Of a stretch of DNA of 19,770 nucleotides, positions 15,174 to 19,770 are shown piece by piece. Source of the stretch: a virus (taxonomy: Duplodnaviria > Heunggongvirae > Uroviricota > Caudoviricetes); IMG/VR virus record IMGVR_UViG_2695420763_000003, one strand, 5' to 3'. A model generated the notes under the pieces. That model saw nothing but the letters and a program-made list of their open reading frames with translations, made no database searches and was not told the DNA's origin. A program made the translations under genes and the position numbers. Numbering within the stretch: position 1 is the first letter of the stretch; every line of letters begins with the position of its first letter.

Positions 15174-16151
15174 TCACCCCCTGAATCCCGGCGGTATTTC
15201 AGTGTCCGGTTCAGAAATGTGATTCACGCAACGCTGCGCAGGCGAACGCCCCAGGCGGATAACCAGTTCATCCCATTTTTCCCGGAGTTTTGCCGGACTC
15301 ATGATGTTTTTTACCCAGAACGAATCCCGCTGGAGACGCCCAAACATTTCACAAATTTGTCTGTGAGTTCTGCCATCCAGCATCCGCATTGTGCGAACGT
15401 CATTGGCCCATGCTGTCCAGTTGGGTTCTTTCGGTCTAGTGATCTCGCCATCATAGCTGGCCGCCTGCTCGTAAAGACTCACGATTCGTCCCCAGATCCA
15501 CTGTGCGCACACCAAATCTTCCTGACTTCCCCACTGGCGTTTTTTCGCACTGAACACAACCGCGTCAGGGTGTCGGGTTAAAAAATCCTGTTCAGCCGTC
15601 TGCGGGTCCGGTTGCGAAGCGTCCGGACAAGAAGATCTTTTATCTGACGGATCAGGTTTTAATACTGACGGATCGGGGTCAATCATCGCCCCCCTAATCG
15701 GCAGTTTTTTATCAACAGTTGATCCATCAAAATTTGACGGGTCAACCGTTGAGGGGGCAATATTTGACGGGTCAACTGTTAACGGGTCATTTTTTGCCGG
15801 GCTAATTTTTCTTTTCGGTTTATATGACTCACGCGCCGCCGCCGCAGCTGCTTCGAGTTTTTCCACATTAAGCCGATAGATATTGCTTACATTACGCCCA
15901 CCGACCTTACGCTCTTCCTTCGTCAGCCAGCCCTCTTTCGCCAGTTCTGCAATAGCCGATTTCACTGTGGATTCACTTCTTGCACCGATCTGACGCCGGA
16001 TAGTTTCAATGGCAGGCCATGACACGCCCTCGTCATTGCTGTAGTCTGCAAGACGGGCCATAACCGCCACCCTGGATAAGATCATGCCGGTGAAGGCGCA
16101 CCCTTCCCAGACAAGACCATGAAGCTTGCTGCTCATAAAACCCCCGAACAC
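15174..16151 (-). CDS. Replication initiation / primosome protein: N-terminal HTH domain, repeat-containing linker, C-terminal DnaT-like domain
   Basis: 325-aa ORF. The C-terminus ...NHISEPDTEIPPGFRG matches the conserved C-terminal tail of E. coli DnaT (...VSEPDSQIPPGFRG) as recalled. The linker PLTVDPSNIAPSTVDPSNFDGSTVD is encoded by the iteron array. Confidence 0.8.
   Translation of the reverse strand: MFGGFMSSKLHGLVWEGCAFTGMILSRVAVMARLADYSNDEGVSWPAIETIRRQIGARSESTVKSAIAELAKEGWLTKEERKVGGRNVSNIYRLNVEKLEAAAAAARESYKPKRKISPAKNDPLTVDPSNIAPSTVDPSNFDGSTVDKKLPIRGAMIDPDPSVLKPDPSDKRSSCPDASQPDPQTAEQDFLTRHPDAVVFSAKKRQWGSQEDLVCAQWIWGRIVSLYEQAASYDGEITRPKEPNWTAWANDVRTMRMLDGRTHRQICEMFGRLQRDSFWVKNIMSPAKLREKWDELVIRLGRSPAQRCVNHISEPDTEIPPGFRG
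15644..15790. repeat. Iteron array (candidate origin of replication) inside the initiator gene
   Basis: CTGACGGATC at 15644-15653 and 15665-15674. Near-palindromic TTTGACGGGTCAAC at 15733-15746 and 15763-15776. Related TCAACAGTTGA / GTCAACTGTTAACGGGTCA elements. A T-rich stretch follows at 15790-15812. Confidence 0.55.
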
Positions 16152-16158
16152 CGTGCTT

Positions 16159-16584
16159 TTAGTGCATCACCACAGCATTCCCTGCCGGGCCGCCGCGATT
16201 CATCTGGTCATACAAAACAACCGCTGACGCAACAAAATCATCGACATCCTTCACCAGCCGATCCCTCCGTTCGACGATCTCACGGTAATATTCAGAACTG
16301 TGGCTGCGCATACGGGCCACCAGCAAAGGCGGCATCGCCTTTTCGATCGCCGGTAACAGAGCCTGCATTTTTTCAACAGCATCAGGGGTGTCTTTATCCA
16401 GCCAACGGAAAATTTTCTGGGTATTACGGGCCAGGGCTTCCGGATGGCTGTCGTCATACAGTTCCGGGAACGTCATTCCCAGCTCGAAATACGCTTTGGT
16501 AATTTTCGCAGCCGGCACTTTTTCGCCGTCCGGATGCGCCCAGACATTCATCGCCATGCGGATGTGTTCATGCTTGATTTTCAT
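16159..16584 (-). CDS. YdaT-like protein (Rac prophage family)
   Basis: 141-aa MKIKHEHIRMAMNVWAHPDGEKVP... Sits immediately downstream of the Cro-like gene, with an AGGAG RBS. Family assignment is from memory of Rac ydaS-ydaT synteny. Confidence 0.55.
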   Translation of the reverse strand: MKIKHEHIRMAMNVWAHPDGEKVPAAKITKAYFELGMTFPELYDDSHPEALARNTQKIFRWLDKDTPDAVEKMQALLPAIEKAMPPLLVARMRSHSSEYYREIVERRDRLVKDVDDFVASAVVLYDQMNRGGPAGNAVVMH

Positions 16585-16849
16585 GAATCAAGCTCCTAGA
16601 AAGTGGTTGTGTTAACGTTTTGGTATCTTCCAGCTCGGGCCAAATATTCATCCAATCAAAAGGCCTTAGTTGCTGACGTGTAACTTCACCATTACTGGCT
16701 CGCTCAATAAGGACACATAACGATGCCCCTAACACTTGACCTTTACTCAATGCCTTTCTTAGATAACCGATGCTGGTACCACACTCGCATGCAAACATAC
16801 GCTGTTCATCTGACGAAAGAGAATTGAGAAATATTCTTAATTCTTCCAT
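16568..16849 (-). CDS. Cro-like HTH regulator (YdaS-like)
   Basis: 93-aa ORF with AAGGAG RBS, divergent from the repressor gene. The pattern FACECGTSIGYLRKALSKGQVL...IERASNGEVTRQQLRPFDW resembles YdaS/Cro-type HTH proteins. Confidence 0.6.
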   Translation of the reverse strand: MEELRIFLNSLSSDEQRMFACECGTSIGYLRKALSKGQVLGASLCVLIERASNGEVTRQQLRPFDWMNIWPELEDTKTLTQPLSRSLIHENQA

Positions 16850-16874
16850 AGCTACTCCTTAGTAAACACAGCAA

Positions 16875-16943
16875 AGAATACCCACAGGTAAACAAAAGTC
16901 AATACCCACAGGTTGTTTACCTTGCGGTAATCGCATCTATTAT
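16875..16943. promoter_or_regulatory. Divergent promoter/operator region of the immunity switch
   Basis: Direct repeats ATACCCACAGGT at 16878-16889 and 16902-16913. Inverted repeat GGTAAACAA (16887-16895) / TTGTTTACC (16913-16921). Minus-strand promoter TTGACT-16-TATTCT overlaps the repeats. Plus-strand -10 TATTAT (16938-16943) lies about 6 nt before the repressor ATG, implying a leaderless mRNA. Confidence 0.55.
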
Positions 16944-16949
16944 TTACCT

Positions 16950-17369
16950 ATGGACAAATATGAATTTAGACGACAGCAACTCATCAAAATTCGTGATGAG
17001 AAATGCGATGGTAAAGCGGTTAACGTGGCCAGAAAGATCGGGCGCGAGCCTTCTTATGTATCAAGAATGTTGTACCCAGAGGGGAAAAAGGGAAAAAAAC
17101 GGATCGCTGATGATATGGTGGAGATTATCGAAGAGTCCTTTGGGTTACCCCGGGGATGGATGGATGGTATCGTTTCATCATCAACGAACACAGCCTCCAG
17201 TTATGAAACAAGGGTTCTAACGCCACGACAACGTATTTTTTTAGATCTCTTAGACGAACTGCCAGAAAGTGAAGCGGATAAATTATTAAAAACTCTTGAA
17301 GAGAAAAAACAGTATTACAATATGATCTACGAAGAAATCCGTAAAAAGAAAGCACAAAACGCATCATAG
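16950..17369 (+). CDS. dicA: Prophage repressor (DicA-like HTH protein)
   Basis: 139-aa ORF divergent from the Cro-like gene, with HTH segment AVNVARKIGREPSYVSRML. The C-terminal ...LLDELPESEADKLLKTLEEK resembles the DicA C-terminus as recalled. No SD sequence upstream. Confidence 0.7.
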   Translation: MDKYEFRRQQLIKIRDEKCDGKAVNVARKIGREPSYVSRMLYPEGKKGKKRIADDMVEIIEESFGLPRGWMDGIVSSSTNTASSYETRVLTPRQRIFLDLLDELPESEADKLLKTLEEKKQYYNMIYEEIRKKKAQNAS

Positions 17370-17403
17370 CTCACCAAACAACTAGTCACCAGTTAAGACA
17401 CCG

Positions 17404-17450
17404 CAAAAATTTACCCATAGGTATTTACTTTTTAAATACCTATGGGTATC
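17404..17450 (+). promoter_or_regulatory. 15-bp perfect palindrome (operator-like) doubling as a terminator-like hairpin downstream of the repressor gene
   Basis: ACCCATAGGTATTTA (17404-17418) and TAAATACCTATGGGT (17424-17438), followed by ATCCTTCTTTTC. The half-site ACCCATAGGT is related to the ACCCACAGGT repeats at 16881-16913. Confidence 0.5.
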
Positions 17451-17634
17451 CTTCTTTTCATACCAACCCACCCCGCCCCACAGAATGCAGGGCAATACTT
17501 CGAGTTACCAGGCAGTGGTCAGGGGTTAAGTAGCCAGCCCGAGGCGTAAGAACATGACGGCAGGGTTCAACTTTAATAACTATGCAGCAGGTTTTTGTTC
17601 CGCTACCCCGGCGTTAAGGGGAAATGAGGTCAGC

Positions 17635-17790
17635 ATGGATACTATCGATCTTGGCAACAACGAATCTCTGGTGTACGGCGTGTTTCCCAACCAGGACGGC
17701 ACGTTCACCGCGATGACGTATACCAAAAGCAAAACGTTTAAAACCGAAAATGGTGCCCGTCGCTGGCTGGAAAGAAACTCAGGTGAGTGA
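17635..17790 (+). CDS. ydfA: YdfA-like small protein (DUF1391-like, 51 aa)
   Basis: MDTIDLGNNESLVYGVFPNQDGTFTAMTYTKSKTFKTENGARRWLERNSGE with GAGG RBS. The track ORF starts further upstream at 17554. First gene of a dicB-type operon by synteny. Confidence 0.7.
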   Translation: MDTIDLGNNESLVYGVFPNQDGTFTAMTYTKSKTFKTENGARRWLERNSGE

Positions 17791-17791
17791 T

Positions 17792-17920
17792 ATGGATTTC
17801 GACACAATCATGGAAAAGGCTTACGAAGAATACTTCGAAGACCTTGCCGAAGGCGAAGAAGCTCTCAGCTTCAGTGAGTTTAAACAGGCGCTTTCCAGCT
17901 CGGCAAAATCTAACGGCTGA
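17792..17920 (+). CDS. ydfB: YdfB-like small acidic protein (42 aa)
   Basis: MDFDTIMEKAYEEYFEDLAEGEEALSFSEFKQALSSSAKSNG. The ATG lies 1 nt after the ydfA stop. Too short for the ORF track. Confidence 0.6.
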   Translation: MDFDTIMEKAYEEYFEDLAEGEEALSFSEFKQALSSSAKSNG

Positions 17921-17949
17921 TAAGCGAAGTAGCACCGCGAGGAATCAGT

Positions 17950-18168
17950 ATGCAGAAACGAGAACCCGTCATAATCGCGCCAGACTATACCGATGATGAA
18001 CTTTATGAGTGGATGCGCCAGAAAATTAATGCAGCGCAGGATCTGAAATGGGCTAATGAAGCCAGGGCTAAGCAGGCTGAAAATCTGTCCGCTCTGGAGC
18101 AGGATATCACCAATCTGGAAAAAGCAGCGGCATTAAGCATTGCCAGAATGATTACATACCCGCGTTAA
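17950..18168 (+). CDS. ydfC: YdfC-like protein (72 aa)
   Basis: Track ORF MQKREPVIIAPDYTDDELYEWMRQKINAAQDLKWANEARAK... with GAGGAA RBS. Length and position match ydfC of the Qin dicB operon. Confidence 0.65.
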   Translation: MQKREPVIIAPDYTDDELYEWMRQKINAAQDLKWANEARAKQAENLSALEQDITNLEKAAALSIARMITYPR

Positions 18169-18507
18169 TAGCTAACCAACGAAGCTAAGGTTGGTAATTA
18201 AGGAGTTCTCCACGGGTGAGGTGGGGTGCGTGCGCCGGACACGGGTGAGCATCCGGCACTGACAGTTTACTGAAAGGATATTTCCCTGAAAAGTCAGACC
18301 ATAACGCGAAAGCGCACGGCGAGGTAGCTGGTTCATAGATAGCCTGTCGTTAAATTTTCGTCGACCGTGCGCTTCCGGTTGTGGCAATCCGCGAAATGGC
18401 GCGGCGGTAAGTATGGAGGGGTTATTCCTTCCCCGTTGAGGACACCGGGTTGTCAGGTTGACCATACGCTTAAGTGACAACCCCGCTGCAACGCCCTCTG
18501 TTATCAA

Positions 18508-18561
18508 TTTTCTGGTGACTTTTGGCGGTATCAGTTCTACTCCGTGACTGCTCTGCCGCCC
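18508..18561 (+). ncRNA. dicF: DicF small RNA (ftsZ-targeting sRNA processed from the dicB operon transcript)
   Basis: TTTCTGGTGACTTTTGGCGGTATCAGTTCTACTCCGTGACTGCTCTGCCGCCC followed by TTTTT matches the 53-nt K-12 DicF sequence as I recall it, with about 3 substitutions. It ends in a GGCGG...GCCGCC terminator hairpin. Coordinates are from my own line indexing and were not re-verified to the base. Confidence 0.75.
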
Positions 18562-18735
18562 TTTTTAAAGTGAATTTTGTGATGCGGTGAATGCGGCTAA
18601 GCGCACGCGGAACAGTTAAAACCAAAAACAGTGTTATGGGTGGATTCTCTGTATCCGGCGTTAATTGTTAACTGGTTAACGTCACCTGGAGGCACCAGGC
18701 ACTGCATCACAAAATTCATTGTTGAGGACGCGATA

Positions 18736-18924
18736 ATGGAAACGTTATTACCAAACGTTAATACGTCTGAAGGTTGTTTTGAAATTGGTGTCACTATCAG
18801 TAACCCTGTATTTACTGAAGATGCCATTAACAAGAGAAAACACGAACGGGAGTTATTAAATAAAATATGCATTCTTTCAATGCTGGCCCGTTTACGTCCG
18901 ATACAAAAAGGATGCTGGCAATGA
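18736..18924 (+). CDS. dicB: Cell-division inhibitor DicB (62 aa)
   Basis: METLLPNVNTSEGCFEIGVTISNPVFTEDAINKRKHERELLNKICILSMLARLRPIQKGCWQ with GAGGA RBS. Matches my recollection of DicB. The track lists it with a longer upstream extension (18631). Confidence 0.8.
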   Translation: METLLPNVNTSEGCFEIGVTISNPVFTEDAINKRKHERELLNKICILSMLARLRPIQKGCWQ

Positions 18925-19112
18925 ATACAGCATTTGCACTTGTTCTGACATTTTTTCTTGTTTCCGGAGAGCCAGTTGATATTGCAGTCAGTGTTCACAG
19001 GACAATGCAGGAGTGTGTGACTGCAGCAACCGAACAGAAAATTCCCAGTAACTGTTACCCGGTCGATAAAGTTATTCACCAGGATAATAACGAAATCCCG
19101 GCAGGTCTTTAA
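18921..19112 (+). CDS. ydfD: YdfD-like small protein (63 aa) with hydrophobic N-terminus
   Basis: MNTAFALVLTFFLVSGEPVDIAVSVHRTMQECVTAATEQKIPSNCYPVDKVIHQDNNEIPAGL. The ATG overlaps the dicB stop (ATGA). Confidence 0.75.
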   Translation: MNTAFALVLTFFLVSGEPVDIAVSVHRTMQECVTAATEQKIPSNCYPVDKVIHQDNNEIPAGL

Positions 19113-19204
19113 AACAGTTCCGTAATAAACATCCGATTTCATTCTTATATGCCAGCAATGGCAGGGATTTGTTCACCCTTAAATCTGTAATGAGGTAAAA
19201 CAAA

Positions 19205-19770
19205 ATGAGTAAAGTCTTTATTTGCGCCGCCATTCCGGACGAACAGGCAATAAAGGAAGAAGGTGCAGTCGCTGTAGCCACTGCCATTGAAGCCGGTGAT
19301 GAACGTCGCGCCCGCGCAAAATTTCACTGGCAATTCCTGGAACATTATCCGGCTGCTCAGGACTGCGCTTATAAATTTATTGTCTGTGAGGATAAACCCG
19401 GCATACCCCGCCCTGCCCTCGATTCCTGGGATGCTGAATATATGCAGGAAAACCGCTGGGATGAGGCGTCTGCTTCCTTTGTCCCGGTTGAGACTGAATC
19501 AGATCCGATGAACGTCACTTTTGACAAGCTGGCCCCTGAAGTACAGAACGCTGTCATGGTTAAGTTCGACACATGTGAAAACATCACCGTTGATATGGTT
19601 ATTAGCGCACAGGAATTGTTGCAGGAAGACATGGCAACATTCGACGGACATATCGTTGAAGCGTTGATGAAAATGCCAGAAGTTAACGCCATGTATCCGG
19701 AGCTTAAGCTGCATGCCATCGGGTGGGTTAAGCATAAATGTAAGCCTGGTGCCAAATGGCCCGAAATTCA
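19205..19770 (+). CDS. ydfE: YdfE-like protein, N-terminal 188 codons (partial; runs off window end)
   Basis: MSKVFICAAIPDEQAIKEEGAVAVATAIEAGDERRARAKFHWQFLEHYPAAQDCAYKF... with GAGG RBS and no stop before the window end. Assigned by synteny and recalled similarity. Confidence 0.6.
   Translation, partial: MSKVFICAAIPDEQAIKEEGAVAVATAIEAGDERRARAKFHWQFLEHYPAAQDCAYKFIVCEDKPGIPRPALDSWDAEYMQENRWDEASASFVPVETESDPMNVTFDKLAPEVQNAVMVKFDTCENITVDMVISAQELLQEDMATFDGHIVEALMKMPEVNAMYPELKLHAIGWVKHKCKPGAKWPEI

Noticed and set aside
14733-15581. 282-aa plus-strand ORF
   Set aside because: Antisense to the DnaC-like and initiator genes, with His/Pro/Arg-rich low-complexity translation and no RBS. Taken as a shadow ORF.
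18172-18507. 111-aa minus-strand ORF inside the DicF leader
   Set aside because: Arg-rich with no hydrophobic core and no RBS. It overlaps a region better explained as structured RNA upstream of DicF.
18170-18735. Possible retron msr/msd or other self-contained ncRNA element in the ORF-poor structured region
   Set aside because: No reverse transcriptase gene follows. The region sits inside the ydfC-dicF-dicB operon and ends in a recognisable DicF, so the operon leader explains it.
18597-19142. 181-aa minus-strand Cys-rich ORF
   Set aside because: Antisense to dicB and ydfD, which have RBSs and recognisable products. Composition is atypical.

Overview
This window is a reverse-oriented slice of a mosaic lambdoid prophage of the E. 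coli type, with no CRISPR array, tRNA gene or IS element seen. Reading left to right: a lambda-type packaging module (terminase A partial, Nu1, cos), a small RHH protein and a Rha-family regulator, a P21-type lysis cassette (Rz/Rz1, SAR endolysin R, pinholin S), a prophage NanS-p-type sialate O-acetylesterase, a degraded TerB-like gene with a coupled small hydrophobic ORF, the pR'/tR' late control region, Q, RusA, a Qin-like ydfU-rem-hokD block, a run of nin-type accessory genes, Rac-like replication genes with an iteron array, a divergent immunity switch, and a Qin-type ydfA-ydfB-ydfC-dicF-dicB-ydfD-ydfE operon running off the right edge. Most of it is recognisable phage biology. The parts most worth a second look are the late-operon cargo slot between tR' and the lysis genes (TerB remnant, small membrane ORF, tandem hairpin units antisense to the late transcript), two unlisted tightly coupled small ORFs next to an orphan hok locus, and the long structured leader upstream of DicF. 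Protein identities are recalled from memory of family sequences, not from a database search. Coordinates of features I derived myself may be off by 1-2 nt.
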